Below are positions 1 to 9,864 of a stretch of 64,000 nt of DNA, piece after piece. The notes under the pieces were generated by a model. The model did not search any database and had not been told where the DNA came from. It saw nothing but the letters and a program-made list of their open reading frames with translations. Origin of the DNA: Candidatus Nomurabacteria bacterium (lineage in GTDB: Bacteria; Patescibacteriota; WWE3; UBA101185; UBA10185); contig JACKGU010000002.1 in NCBI GenBank assembly GCA_020631855.1, forward strand, positions 298,615 to 362,614, written 5' to 3'. Both the position numbers and the translations under genes were made by a program. Each line of letters starts with the position of its first letter. Within the stretch, counting starts at the first letter, position 1.

Positions 1-2279
1 GAAGGAGCAATGGAAAGAAACTTTTTTATAGAAAATAGATTAGCGAGCTTTGGAGAAAGGGCGTCAATTATAAAACCGACACGTCTGTTTTGGGACAGTC
101 TGCATAAAATCTTATGAGAGAGTGCGCCGAATAAAACTATAAACCAAATCCGCATGCTTACTTTCATGACCAGCAAATACCAATGGAACGGCTGCCCTTT
201 GTCTTCTATAGCTTGCGTAGCCCTGTCAAGAACATGATATTGAATATATACATCATAAAATTCTCTCCCCAAGCGAGAAAACATATAAAAGTGCCAAGGA
301 CCAAAGACGGCCACAGCCGCACCAATCAGTATGAAAAAATGAATAATAACAGGCCTTAAACGATAAAGCTGTTTTTTAAACGCGATCAAATATGTTAAGT
401 GCAGAGCAACTATCGGCAAGGGTAACAAACCGACAATACCTTTTGTCATAACGGCTAGGCCTACACACAAACCTGCATAAAACATGAGGGCTTCTGTAGA
501 GGTCAGGGCTCTATACAGTTTCTGTAAGGGAATTAGAATTAAACTGAGAATCTTGGCTTCAGAAGAAATACTTTTACTCGTACCTGCAATGGGAACACGG
601 TCAAACAAACCAACAAAAAAGCTGCTGCAAAATAAATAATAAAACAGGAGGGATGCGGTGATAAAAAATGTTGTTGTAACATCAAGCATAGAAGCACGCC
701 CATAATAAATAAAAGATACATTTGTAAGTAATACCAGCGCACTAAAAAACCCGGCAAGCCTTCCATAAAGTTTTGTGCCAAAAACATATGTTAACAAAAC
801 TGTACCGAGACCAAACAATGCCGAAGGTAAACGCACCGCAAAACTTGTTATCGAGAATATTTTCATGCTCAAAGCCATGAGCCACATATACAAAGGGGGC
901 TTTTCAAGCCACAGCTCGCTAGAACTCCATTTTAAGAAAATGTAATCCCCGGTCTGATAAATGTTTTTAGCTATTTTTGCATAAATTGCCTCATCCCAAG
1001 GGATTAGATGATTAGAGCCTAGCTTTGTAAAAAATACAACAACGCCTAAAACAAAAAGCCCAAAAAACTGACTTCGAGAAGAATCAAAAACGTAATTAAC
1101 AGCCTTTGAAAATGTAAAATCTTTTCCTAAAACTCCGATGGTGTAAACAAAGTAAAAAGCTAAAATAATCCAAAAAAATTCATTATTGTAAGAATAAAAA
1201 ATACCCGCAGTTAACCAGCCGACAATAGCCCCGACCATGGCTGAAACTGTAAAATATGTTTTTGCATTTTTTAACTTCTGGCTTGCATAGAGCATTGCGC
1301 TCAACATCAAACCAATAACCGCAACAAAAGCTGCTAAACCTAGAGCGCCTGTTTCGGACAACAATTCACCCCAAATTGTGTGAGGAGGAACGCGGGTGTT
1401 AAATGCAGCCGGGTCACGTCCAAAAAATTCAGAAGCAATCTCTGTCTTGCTGAAATGCTCAAAAAACCCACCATAGCCGCCACCTATTAAGGGGTATTTC
1501 TCGAATATCTCCACGCTCCCCTTCAATAAAAGTACGTGAGAATCAAAAGAATCTATCCTGTAATGGAAATAGTCTTTAACCTTTGCTCTAAAAGGGCTCG
1601 ACTTAATGTTGTATTCTCTAACCAGCGGGATAGTCAAAAGAAAAAGAGTAAAAACTAACGCAAGAACACCTCTTAAGTGTAGCTTTCTGTAAATAAGAAG
1701 CATGCCAAAAATAAGTAGCGAAACAAAACCTGCAATCCAAGCGGTTCGAGAACTTGTAAGTAGCAATATAGCCGACATAGAAACAAGATAAATAAAATAT
1801 TTTAATCTCTCTTTGTAGGTTTCAGCAAAAAGAAAAAGAACTCCGGTAACAGGAAGTAACCCTGTTAAAAAGCCTCCAAAGTGATTTGTGTCCCAGAAAA
1901 GAGAGCCTACTCTAGGAGTATGGCCGGGAATATTCCACAAAGCCCCCATAATAAAATCGAATCTACTGTAAACAAGCACTTGGATAAATCCAAAAACACA
2001 AAGGTAAAAGGCGACGTTAATATAGTATTTAATAAATTCTAGGATTTTGTCCGGCTTATCTTTATAAACACTGTAAGTAAATATCACAAAAGCACAGGCG
2101 GTAGCAAAAAATGCCAATAAAGATACACTGGCACCTAAATTTTTTGTGTTTGAAATAGAAATAAGTCTGGCTAAAAACAAGAGTCCTAAAGATAAAACAA
2201 AGGGGTCAGAAATAAGAGCGGCTAATTTTTTATAATTTTTAATAAAATATAAAGTAGCATAAGCAGAAAAAGCTAACAT
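1..2279 (-). CDS. Bifunctional-looking polytopic membrane protein (partial, C-terminus lies beyond the window start). The N-terminal ~330 aa form an O-antigen ligase/Wzy_C-like domain. The C-terminal >430 aa form a PMT_2/ArnT-like (GT39-type) GT-C glycosyltransferase domain.
   Basis: I translated the minus strand by hand in the frame whose codon high end is congruent to 2 mod 3. It is open from 2357 down to position 1 with no stop. The ORF track does not list it because it has no in-window stop. Wzy_C-type motifs are 'RVGSLFWDTNHFGGFL', 'LLLTSSRTAWIAGFV' and 'HTIWGELLSETGALGLAAF'. PMT_2/ArnT-type motifs are 'IPWDEAIYAKIAKNIYQTGDY' and 'EKPPLYMWLMALSMKIFS..FAVRLPSALFG'. The first ATG is at 2279 (MLAFSAY), with a GTG at 2282 as an alternative start. 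Confidence 0.8.
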   Translation of the reverse strand, partial: MLAFSAYATLYFIKNYKKLAALISDPFVLSLGLLFLARLISISNTKNLGASVSLLAFFATACAFVIFTYSVYKDKPDKILEFIKYYINVAFYLCVFGFIQVLVYSRFDFIMGALWNIPGHTPRVGSLFWDTNHFGGFLTGLLPVTGVLFLFAETYKERLKYFIYLVSMSAILLLTSSRTAWIAGFVSLLIFGMLLIYRKLHLRGVLALVFTLFLLTIPLVREYNIKSSPFRAKVKDYFHYRIDSFDSHVLLLKGSVEIFEKYPLIGGGYGGFFEHFSKTEIASEFFGRDPAAFNTRVPPHTIWGELLSETGALGLAAFVAVIGLMLSAMLYASQKLKNAKTYFTVSAMVGAIVGWLTAGIFYSYNNEFFWIILAFYFVYTIGVLGKDFTFSKAVNYVFDSSRSQFFGLFVLGVVVFFTKLGSNHLIPWDEAIYAKIAKNIYQTGDYIFLKWSSSELWLEKPPLYMWLMALSMKIFSITSFAVRLPSALFGLGTVLLTYVFGTKLYGRLAGFFSALVLLTNVSFIYYGRASMLDVTTTFFITASLLFYYLFCSSFFVGLFDRVPIAGTSKSISSEAKILSLILIPLQKLYRALTSTEALMFYAGLCVGLAVMTKGIVGLLPLPIVALHLTYLIAFKKQLYRLRPVIIHFFILIGAAVAVFGPWHFYMFSRLGREFYDVYIQYHVLDRATQAIEDKGQPFHWYLLVMKVSMRIWFIVLFGALSHKILCRLSQNRRVGFIIDALSPKLANLFSIKKFLSIAP

Positions 2280-2445
2280 CACAAATCTTATAGGCAATAA
2301 ATTCCAGCTGTAAAAACTAAAAAGCTCTTTGTGAAGTAAGACCGAGCATAGCAGAATTATCTTCATTCCCTTTTCAATATCCAGTTTAAAAAGAAGTAAG
2401 GATAGCAAGGTTATTCCGAATAAAGAAAGAAGTTCAATAGACATA

Positions 2446-3591
2446 TTATTTCAGTAATTCATTATACACGTCGAAAATTTTATGAGCCGCGTTTTGCCAA
2501 GTGTACTCGCGCAGCATAAAAGACGGCACCTTTGGTCTATCCGCAAAATACTGTTCAACTACAGCGTTCTTTATCGATCTAATATCATTTGGGCTGCAGT
2601 AAGACACAAGATCGCCAAGATACTCTCTAGCTCTTTCGCCCGAAGCTACTGCATTAGAACCGCAGAAAAGAGCTTCGATACTTGTGAGCCCTGTAGTCTC
2701 AAACCAACTTGCTGAAACACACACCTTCGCTTTTCTATAAACCGCAGGCATTTGCTCATAAGGAACCTGATTAACAAAGGTTATCCAGCTATATCTTTTT
2801 AGAGCGAGGTTAAATCTTATAATATATTCCTGGTGCTTGAGTTTACTTTTTTTCCCGACAAAAACCAGTCTCAGATCCTTGCCTGTCTCTTCTCTTGCTG
2901 ATTTTACAGCATCAATTATACTTAGTTGATTTTTCCTTGCTTCAACTCGCCCAACGCACAGAATATAGTCTTCCATATCCTGCAACGCCTTTGGCATAAT
3001 TTGTTCTTTATCGTAGCCAGCAGAGTCTATGAATAGATCAGAAACTCCATTAGGTATTTTTTTCCATTTAAAATCTACGCCGTAAGAGGTTTTTAGATCA
3101 TGGGCCTCCAGCTCGGTCTGTACTAAAATATAATCCGATAAAGACAAAGCTTTTTTCTGAATATTAAATAAACCGAATCGTAAACTTTGAACAGTGGGAT
3201 AAATTTTCTTTGGCATGAAAAGTGATTTATAAACATTTTTCAATGTATCTCTTTTAAACTGATCTTTAAATACAGCCTTAGAGAGTCTTCTAAAATCAAA
3301 GGCGTATGTTTCGTCAAATAATTTTACCTCAGAAATTGAGTGGTGAATTGGTGAAAACACCAGCGGCTTACCAGACGACTTTATCGTCTCGGCGTACATA
3401 CTCGGGTCGGGGGTCCAGTCGAGCTGAAAAAGATGGACAAGATCGTAAGAATTATAATTACTAACATTGCCGGCTACGATTTCAACGTCAATACCTAGCT
3501 TTTTCAGCTCTCGGGCCGTATTCTCAATTTGAATTTTATCTCCGCCGCCCGTATCAAAAAGCTCTACACGCGCCTGCATTAAAACTTTCAT
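2446..3591 (-). CDS. Glycosyltransferase family 4 (GT-B, RfaB-like)
   Basis: ORF track 2446..3615. The GT4 C-terminal motif is 'FETTGLTSIEALFCG'. The likely true start is the internal Met (MKVLMQARVELFDTGGG) at 3591, directly abutting the stop of the upstream gene. Confidence 0.85.
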   Translation of the reverse strand: MKVLMQARVELFDTGGGDKIQIENTARELKKLGIDVEIVAGNVSNYNSYDLVHLFQLDWTPDPSMYAETIKSSGKPLVFSPIHHSISEVKLFDETYAFDFRRLSKAVFKDQFKRDTLKNVYKSLFMPKKIYPTVQSLRFGLFNIQKKALSLSDYILVQTELEAHDLKTSYGVDFKWKKIPNGVSDLFIDSAGYDKEQIMPKALQDMEDYILCVGRVEARKNQLSIIDAVKSAREETGKDLRLVFVGKKSKLKHQEYIIRFNLALKRYSWITFVNQVPYEQMPAVYRKAKVCVSASWFETTGLTSIEALFCGSNAVASGERAREYLGDLVSYCSPNDIRSIKNAVVEQYFADRPKVPSFMLREYTWQNAAHKIFDVYNELLK

Positions 3592-4745
3592 TCTGATTCT
3601 TTCTTTCTTACACATTTTTTATACAAATCTTCATAGCTACTCACGAAATCTTCTAAGCTGTAATTTTTCCTTACCACAGTATGAGCGGCAACAACTCTCT
3701 CTTTTGTGTTTAGTCCGTCAAGGCTATGAAAAAGCTCATACATTTTTACACATAAATCCTCGCTGTTCCCAGATTCAAAATACTTAACCGTACCTTTAGA
3801 AACTTCTTTCAAGACGGGTAGGTCAGAACATATGAGAGGAATATACATGTACATTGCCTCTATAAGAACAATACCGAAACCTTCTGCTAAAGTCGGGAAA
3901 ATAAACATATCGAAAGAAGCTAAATATTTAATTTTATCTTCTTCAATGAATCGTCCTGTAAAAGTAACTTTGTTAGAAATACCTAGATCTTTTGCCTGCT
4001 GCTCTAGAGACTCTTGTAAATAACCTCCGCCCGCAACCAGCAGATGTGACTTTGAGAGCTCAGGATGTGACTCCAACAAATTCGCAAAAGCCGACACTAA
4101 AAACCTATGACCTTTCTCTTCCGTAAGACGGCTTATATTACCAATAATAAAAATATCCTCAGGAAGCCCATGTTTCTTTAAAATCTCAGCCCTGTATTTA
4201 TTTTTCTGGGATTCATTTAGCTTCAGCGCATCAAAATTAACGGAATTACCTATAATCTTTAACTTCGACAGAGGAATTCCCTCCTCAAGCTTTACTTTTA
4301 AAGTCTCATTTGTCAGTGCAATTTCAGAAGAAGAAAGTAGTCTTACAGCCATGGCATAACAAATGCTATATATCTTTCTTTTATAGACAGGCACTTGCCA
4401 CTGGGAATATGGAGTATGAATGTGAGAGATACGACATCGGACTCCTGCAAGCCTGGAGGCAATAAGAGTATTTGCTACAGCCCTCAACTCATTGCAATGA
4501 ACAACCTGAATGTTATGTTTTTTTATGTATTTTATCTGCCTGTAAATATATAACGGATCTATGTCGTATTTTACTTCTACCGGAACGACGACTGCTCCGG
4601 CATTCTGGTATATCTTAGCTAGAGGTCCCTGTCGACACCATATGTGCACCTCATGGCCTCTAGACATCATTCCCTCGGCTAAGTCCAGGACGTATTTCTC
4701 CATCCCACCTATATTTGCTGAATCCAATGTGTATAAAATTTTCAT
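3588..4745 (-). CDS. Glycosyltransferase family 4
   Basis: N-term 'MKILYTLDSANIGGMEKYV' and C-terminal 'FPTLAEGFGIVLIEAM' (the GT4 EX7E-type motif region). Confidence 0.9.
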   Translation of the reverse strand: MKILYTLDSANIGGMEKYVLDLAEGMMSRGHEVHIWCRQGPLAKIYQNAGAVVVPVEVKYDIDPLYIYRQIKYIKKHNIQVVHCNELRAVANTLIASRLAGVRCRISHIHTPYSQWQVPVYKRKIYSICYAMAVRLLSSSEIALTNETLKVKLEEGIPLSKLKIIGNSVNFDALKLNESQKNKYRAEILKKHGLPEDIFIIGNISRLTEEKGHRFLVSAFANLLESHPELSKSHLLVAGGGYLQESLEQQAKDLGISNKVTFTGRFIEEDKIKYLASFDMFIFPTLAEGFGIVLIEAMYMYIPLICSDLPVLKEVSKGTVKYFESGNSEDLCVKMYELFHSLDGLNTKERVVAAHTVVRKNYSLEDFVSSYEDLYKKCVRKKESE

Positions 4746-4813
4746 TTATTTATTATACCTGATAGTTAATTACTTCTTATAAAATGTCACAATTTCGAGA
4801 CCGAAGGCTAAAC

Positions 4814-6082
4814 TTACCGGGCAGAGTCTTTACCAGATAGAAAATCTGATATTGCTTTTAACTGTTTAGATACTTTTATATCCCAAGTATTATTTTCTGC
4901 TACAGCCACCCTCGTTTTAGCTTTTACGGGATCCTTGTCTAAAACTGCCTGCCTCACCTTGTCCACGAACTCTTCTTTATCTTTAGCAACATACAAAACA
5001 TTCTCCAAACCTTCGTAAGCCGGAAGATCAGAAACTACAACAGGACACCCCGTGGAAAGAGAATTAAAAACCTTTACCGGAAAACATCCGTTATATGTAT
5101 ATTCGTTTATCACATAAGGAATTATGTATGCGTCAAAATAGTGGGTTAACTCCGCCGTAACTTCAAATGGTCTAGATCCAACACACATAACATTCTTTAA
5201 AGATTTAATCTTAACAACGGCGGGGTTTGAATCTGAAATGTAAAAATTTCCAATTAAGTAATACGTTATTTCGGGAGTTTGTTCAGCCAAGTATATAAAA
5301 AGATCAGAGTCAAATTTATATGCATCTATTGCTCCGCTATATCCTACAAGAGGACGGCTCACATTATTTAGTTCAGAAGGAAGAGATTCTGGTTTTTTAG
5401 AATATATTTCAAAATCACCTGCATTTGGGGTGTATATAATACGTTTTGTTTTTTCTGCAAAGTTTTTGTAAAGCAAAGGATGCGAGGCAAACATCAAATC
5501 AGCACGCTTTGCTAACTCATTTTCACGAAAACGAACCCACTCTTTTCCGCCCAAACCGTGCTGTTCAATGTGCTCTTTCAACCAGCGGTCTGCAAGTTGA
5601 ATTAATTTTACAACGCCTTTATTTGTAACATCTTTTCTTGCATATTCCGGAAAAAATTCGTACGCATCAACAACATCATAAATCAACACATCGGGTTTTA
5701 AATTTTTATCTAAATCCCATAACCTAGGAAAATCAAAATGATAAACCCACAATACCCTTTTCATATTTTCCAGCCCCTGTTTCTTTATGTATCTACTTAA
5801 TAGCCAGCAATGAATTTTATTTTGCAAAAACAAAAACGGCGAGAAGTTAAATTGATTTACAGGGGAATACACAGTCAAATTAGAGTTAATTTTTGAAAAA
5901 ATCCATTTTCTATTTTTCAACATCTGTTTTAAGAATTTAAAACGAGCAGGAGGATCTATAAAAATAACCTTATGCCCTAAAGATGCTGCCTTTGTCATTA
6001 CCAAGTGCTTATTAGTTTTATAAGGTATATCAAAAAATTGATTGGACAGACATATTATTAAATATTTTTCATCAGAAGACAT
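4814..6082 (-). CDS. Glycosyltransferase (GT-B fold, GT4/TuaH-like)
   Basis: The 422-aa ORF has a C-terminal nucleotide-sugar-binding half of the Rossmann type: 'NVMCVGSRPFEVT..GCPVVVSDLPAYEG'. Confidence 0.7.
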   Translation of the reverse strand: MSSDEKYLIICLSNQFFDIPYKTNKHLVMTKAASLGHKVIFIDPPARFKFLKQMLKNRKWIFSKINSNLTVYSPVNQFNFSPFLFLQNKIHCWLLSRYIKKQGLENMKRVLWVYHFDFPRLWDLDKNLKPDVLIYDVVDAYEFFPEYARKDVTNKGVVKLIQLADRWLKEHIEQHGLGGKEWVRFRENELAKRADLMFASHPLLYKNFAEKTKRIIYTPNAGDFEIYSKKPESLPSELNNVSRPLVGYSGAIDAYKFDSDLFIYLAEQTPEITYYLIGNFYISDSNPAVVKIKSLKNVMCVGSRPFEVTAELTHYFDAYIIPYVINEYTYNGCFPVKVFNSLSTGCPVVVSDLPAYEGLENVLYVAKDKEEFVDKVRQAVLDKDPVKAKTRVAVAENNTWDIKVSKQLKAISDFLSGKDSAR

Positions 6083-6084
6083 AG

Positions 6085-7539
6085 CTATTCAAAGACAGAC
6101 GGCTCGCAAACCTCGCACGCCCTTTCCAGATAACCTATCTTTACTAGCATTCTTCTTATGTTAAATGCCGCCTCGCTGTCTCTAATTGACCACAACCAGG
6201 AGGTGTCGGAGTAACCTTTATCATAAGCGGCATGCCATATTCCATCAAAAAATACCAATCCCATAAGCTGTACTGCAAATGAAACACAAACTAAAAGATA
6301 GAACGGCTTACGAAATTTCTCCTTGGCTGTAGAAGTTAAAAAAGGTATTAAAGCCAAAACCATGTAAGGCATGACGTCAGACGCCATTCTATAACCAAAA
6401 GACCACCCCCCATACCAATGTTTCCATTTACCTAAAACTATTGTGTGCATAAAAACAATTGAAATAAAAGCAACATACTGATAGTCCATTCCCGAAAAGT
6501 TTCTATTTTTTATTTTCCTAACTAGAAAGAATATTGACACGAAAATAAATAAAAAAACAGGAGAATAGACAAGAATACCCTTACTTGGAGATACCCACAA
6601 CCCAAAAAACCCGTTTACAACTTGAGACTTCCAGCCCACATCAATTTGCTCTACGTAACCTTGATTAGCAAACGATCTATAAAATTTCCCGGTGTAAAAT
6701 ATAAGAAATCCTAGAGCAGGAAATAAACCAAAAACAAATGTAAACATCGATCCCAGCAACATTCCAAGATTTTTGTACTTAGAAAAATAAATAACTATAA
6801 GAAGCACGAACCACGGAAGAACAGCTGTAGGCCTGGTAATAAAAGCTAATCCGAAAAACATTCCGGACATAAAGATGTTAAAAAAATATGAGCTCGCACC
6901 CTTAGCACTAAGATTCGGAGCTTCAATCTCTAATGCCCTGTTAAAAAATAGCAAAGCGAGCAAAGAAAAAAGTTGCAAAGTTCCAAACTGCCACATTGCC
7001 TGAGAAACAACTGCAAAATTAATAGTACAAAACAAATAAATAAATGTTAAAAAAACAGCTTTTTTACGCATGCCCGGCAAATAATATCTTTCGATCAAAT
7101 ATAAAAAAACAACTCCTGCCGCCGCCATAGTTAAAGCGCTTGAAAGGTGTGAAAGAACGTATAAATTATGCCAACTTACCGGCATGCCAAGCAGCAGTGG
7201 GGGCATAAAAACGGGCAATGCCGTGATCGCGGGGGTTATTGGAAAAGCCGATAAATAATGAGTTTGACCGGATTGATTATCGAGAGCTTTTTTTAAATAA
7301 AAAGGAGTTAATCCAAGCTCTTGCTGCTTGTCGTCGGGCTGGGGGTACGAATCAACCAGCATGTCGTAATATGAATCTAGATATAAAGTTCTCTCTTTTG
7401 AAATTGCAACAGCAGTGAAAATAGAGGGAAGAGTATCTTCAGATTGAATTGGCATTGGATTTATGCCTGTTCTATAAAGTAATACCCACGGAGCGAAAAA
7501 AAGCAAAGTATATAAAAGAAAAGACTTTATAAACCTCAT
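6085..7539 (-). CDS. Polytopic integral membrane protein, probable GT-C-type glycosyltransferase
   Basis: The 484-aa ORF has about 11 hydrophobic segments. It lies inside the glycosyltransferase operon. The C-terminus has a Cys motif 'CEVCEP'. Confidence 0.6.
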   Translation of the reverse strand: MRFIKSFLLYTLLFFAPWVLLYRTGINPMPIQSEDTLPSIFTAVAISKERTLYLDSYYDMLVDSYPQPDDKQQELGLTPFYLKKALDNQSGQTHYLSAFPITPAITALPVFMPPLLLGMPVSWHNLYVLSHLSSALTMAAAGVVFLYLIERYYLPGMRKKAVFLTFIYLFCTINFAVVSQAMWQFGTLQLFSLLALLFFNRALEIEAPNLSAKGASSYFFNIFMSGMFFGLAFITRPTAVLPWFVLLIVIYFSKYKNLGMLLGSMFTFVFGLFPALGFLIFYTGKFYRSFANQGYVEQIDVGWKSQVVNGFFGLWVSPSKGILVYSPVFLFIFVSIFFLVRKIKNRNFSGMDYQYVAFISIVFMHTIVLGKWKHWYGGWSFGYRMASDVMPYMVLALIPFLTSTAKEKFRKPFYLLVCVSFAVQLMGLVFFDGIWHAAYDKGYSDTSWLWSIRDSEAAFNIRRMLVKIGYLERACEVCEPSVFE

Positions 7540-7662
7540 TAGCTTATTCTACAATGTTTTCAGACGAATCGCACGTGCATTCTCATGCATCCTAAAGCAA
7601 CAGAAAATTCAAACCTCTGCCCGATCGTCGGTTTAGCTATTTTTAACAACACACATATAAAA

Positions 7663-9864
7663 TCAGCGATTTCTAATAAACACCGGGCCACTGGGATGTG
7701 GAATCCAAAGATTAAAACCTCCCACTATTAATCTCTTTTTTATTAGCTCATTGATAGGCTCGCTGACATCTAACCTACCGTTTTTTATCTTCGATTCTAT
7801 TTCTACGTCTTCCTTGTAATCACCAAATATCACGAGTATTTCTTTAGAGGGTTCAACATTAAATACACTACTCAGCTTTCCCGGAACAACAATACCGGTA
7901 CCCGTCAGAACATTGGCCCCGAACTCGGTAATCAATTTTGTACCATAGCTACCGCCAACACCGGTCAAATAAACTACAAATTTGCCGTCAATTTCGAGGG
8001 GGAAATCAAAAGGCACAACATACTCACGACTAATGTTAGACGGCACTGCGGAAAACTCTTCTGGGGTCATTGAAACATCATAAATTCCCTGCTTATCGTC
8101 TATGGCCGAACAGCCGGGAAAATAAACTAACTTGTTCGTATGAGACTTTAATTTACCATCGCTGCCAAGATAAAAAATTGTTGCTGAAACATCATCGCCC
8201 GGATCCAAGTCATTACAATCTAAGGTTATTTTTAATTCTGTGCCTTCCGGTCTAATGAGAGAGGGAGGGTCAAAAAGAAATAATGAGGAATACTCTTTGC
8301 CCTTAACTTTCGATACGTCAACACTATCTTCTAGTAGCTTTTTGGCCATAGAACTAGCTTTGGTGTAGTAAAAGACATACGCACTTTCTGTAGAGAGATC
8401 TCTTATGTTTTTGTGCACGAGTTTTTTAAAACCAGGGTAATGTATAACAAAATTATCTGCCATAAAAACGTTTTCCGGAGCTTCAATGTTTAAAGGCTCC
8501 ACCAGAACGCGTTTTCCGAGCTGTTTATAGTACGGGAGCATGACAACAGGATCGCGCAAACCAATAAACTGCTCATATTTCCAATCACTGCTGGGGCGAT
8601 CGAGATATCCTACAAAAAACAAAACGACCGACATAGATAATACGGACAGCGCTGTCAGAGAAATTTTGTGCACCGGAGACAGTGATTTAGTTATATTATA
8701 TTTTGATTCAATAACTAGCAGAGAAATGAGGCATAGCGAGAACAAGACAGAAAAAAAATACAATTCAAAATAAATGTGGGCAAGAGAAAAGAGTCCGACG
8801 ATCGGCACAGGAAGCAGGAATAAAATCATAGAGAATACCTTTGATTTGTTAAATTTTATTGGTAATAAAATTAATTTAGATTTTCCGGATAAGAAAAACG
8901 AGATGGCGGCGGGGAGCTGCAATAATAGCGAGGTAAACAACCAACACAATATAAGCATAGAGAGTATAAAAGAAAGTGAGGCTGAGAAAGAGTTAAAAGA
9001 CGGGGCCCTGTATAAAAGCTGAAACATATAGGGCAGGCTTACCGTGCCAACATCTTTTAATGAAATTAACAACACTAATGACAGCAAAACAAACAATATT
9101 CCAATATTGCTGAGTGTTATGTAATCTCTTACGCGCTCTATGTATGAGATTATCGACAGCAAAGCTTTTTTATAAAGCAAGGGATCAAGAAAGAGTTTGG
9201 GAGAAATTAAATATCTCTTAATCGTACTGCCCAAAGCTAGATAAACAAAGGAGAGAAGTGCTCCTGTCGCTGCGACTTCGAGACCGAAGAGATAGTCGAC
9301 ATTGAACAAAGGAGGGTTCTTCTCGATAAGATCTACGTTTGTTTTCTCAAAACCATTTGCTCTCGCAACTTCCCTTGCCTGCAGATAGAGCGAGAGGGAC
9401 TCACGTAATTTCGGGGCTATCAGAAAAGATTCAGGTATTATTGTGGCCAGATACTTACCTGAATCAATCTCCACCAAATTAACTGAAACGAGAGATGCGA
9501 AATTTTTAACCGGGACAGAGACAACGAATTCTTCAGAAAAAACGTTCTGACGATTGCAAGAGAAAAGATCTTCAATCGAAGCTTCATCATCACAAACTAT
9601 AATAGTGTCGCTAACAGGACGGCGCACCGCTTGCCATAAGTCGTCGTCATCTATCATAGAAGTTAGTAATACAACATAGCTGTCTTTTGAAGAATTTCGA
9701 TTTTGCCGGCTATTCTGAGAGTTTTCGAGAACATTTGTTTCATTTATATCCAGACCAACATTGCTGAAGTAATCAACATAATACTCATAAGGATCCCCGC
9801 CGGCACTTATGGATCCTACTAATAAAAACCATACTATAAAGTAGGCGAAAATTGCCCTAATCAT
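7663..9864 (-). CDS. Large membrane protein of unknown function. It has an N-terminal signal/anchor, an Asp-rich ectodomain, a central multi-TM block and a ~300-aa C-terminal extracytoplasmic domain.
   Basis: The 733-aa ORF begins with a hydrophobic N-terminus 'MIRAIFAYFIVWFLLVGSISA'. It contains 'DDDDLW' and a TM cluster around residues 190-420. No motif I recognise. Confidence 0.6.
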   Translation of the reverse strand: MIRAIFAYFIVWFLLVGSISAGGDPYEYYVDYFSNVGLDINETNVLENSQNSRQNRNSSKDSYVVLLTSMIDDDDLWQAVRRPVSDTIIVCDDEASIEDLFSCNRQNVFSEEFVVSVPVKNFASLVSVNLVEIDSGKYLATIIPESFLIAPKLRESLSLYLQAREVARANGFEKTNVDLIEKNPPLFNVDYLFGLEVAATGALLSFVYLALGSTIKRYLISPKLFLDPLLYKKALLSIISYIERVRDYITLSNIGILFVLLSLVLLISLKDVGTVSLPYMFQLLYRAPSFNSFSASLSFILSMLILCWLFTSLLLQLPAAISFFLSGKSKLILLPIKFNKSKVFSMILFLLPVPIVGLFSLAHIYFELYFFSVLFSLCLISLLVIESKYNITKSLSPVHKISLTALSVLSMSVVLFFVGYLDRPSSDWKYEQFIGLRDPVVMLPYYKQLGKRVLVEPLNIEAPENVFMADNFVIHYPGFKKLVHKNIRDLSTESAYVFYYTKASSMAKKLLEDSVDVSKVKGKEYSSLFLFDPPSLIRPEGTELKITLDCNDLDPGDDVSATIFYLGSDGKLKSHTNKLVYFPGCSAIDDKQGIYDVSMTPEEFSAVPSNISREYVVPFDFPLEIDGKFVVYLTGVGGSYGTKLITEFGANVLTGTGIVVPGKLSSVFNVEPSKEILVIFGDYKEDVEIESKIKNGRLDVSEPINELIKKRLIVGGFNLWIPHPSGPVFIRNR

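Noticed and set aside
539-787. 82-aa minus-strand ORF reported by the ORF track
   Set aside because: It lies in a different frame, fully inside the verified long ORF of the Wzy_C/PMT_2 fusion gene. It is a hydrophobic shadow ORF with no independent support.
2482-2715. Plus-strand ORFs of 60-115 aa embedded in minus-strand genes (for example 2482..2715, 3832..4023, 8540..9022, 15907..16167, 30129..30682, 35181..35510, 58019..58363, 63466..63747)
   Set aside because: They are antisense to well-supported genes with clear family motifs. Low-complexity translations like these are typical of shadow ORFs in AT-rich DNA.
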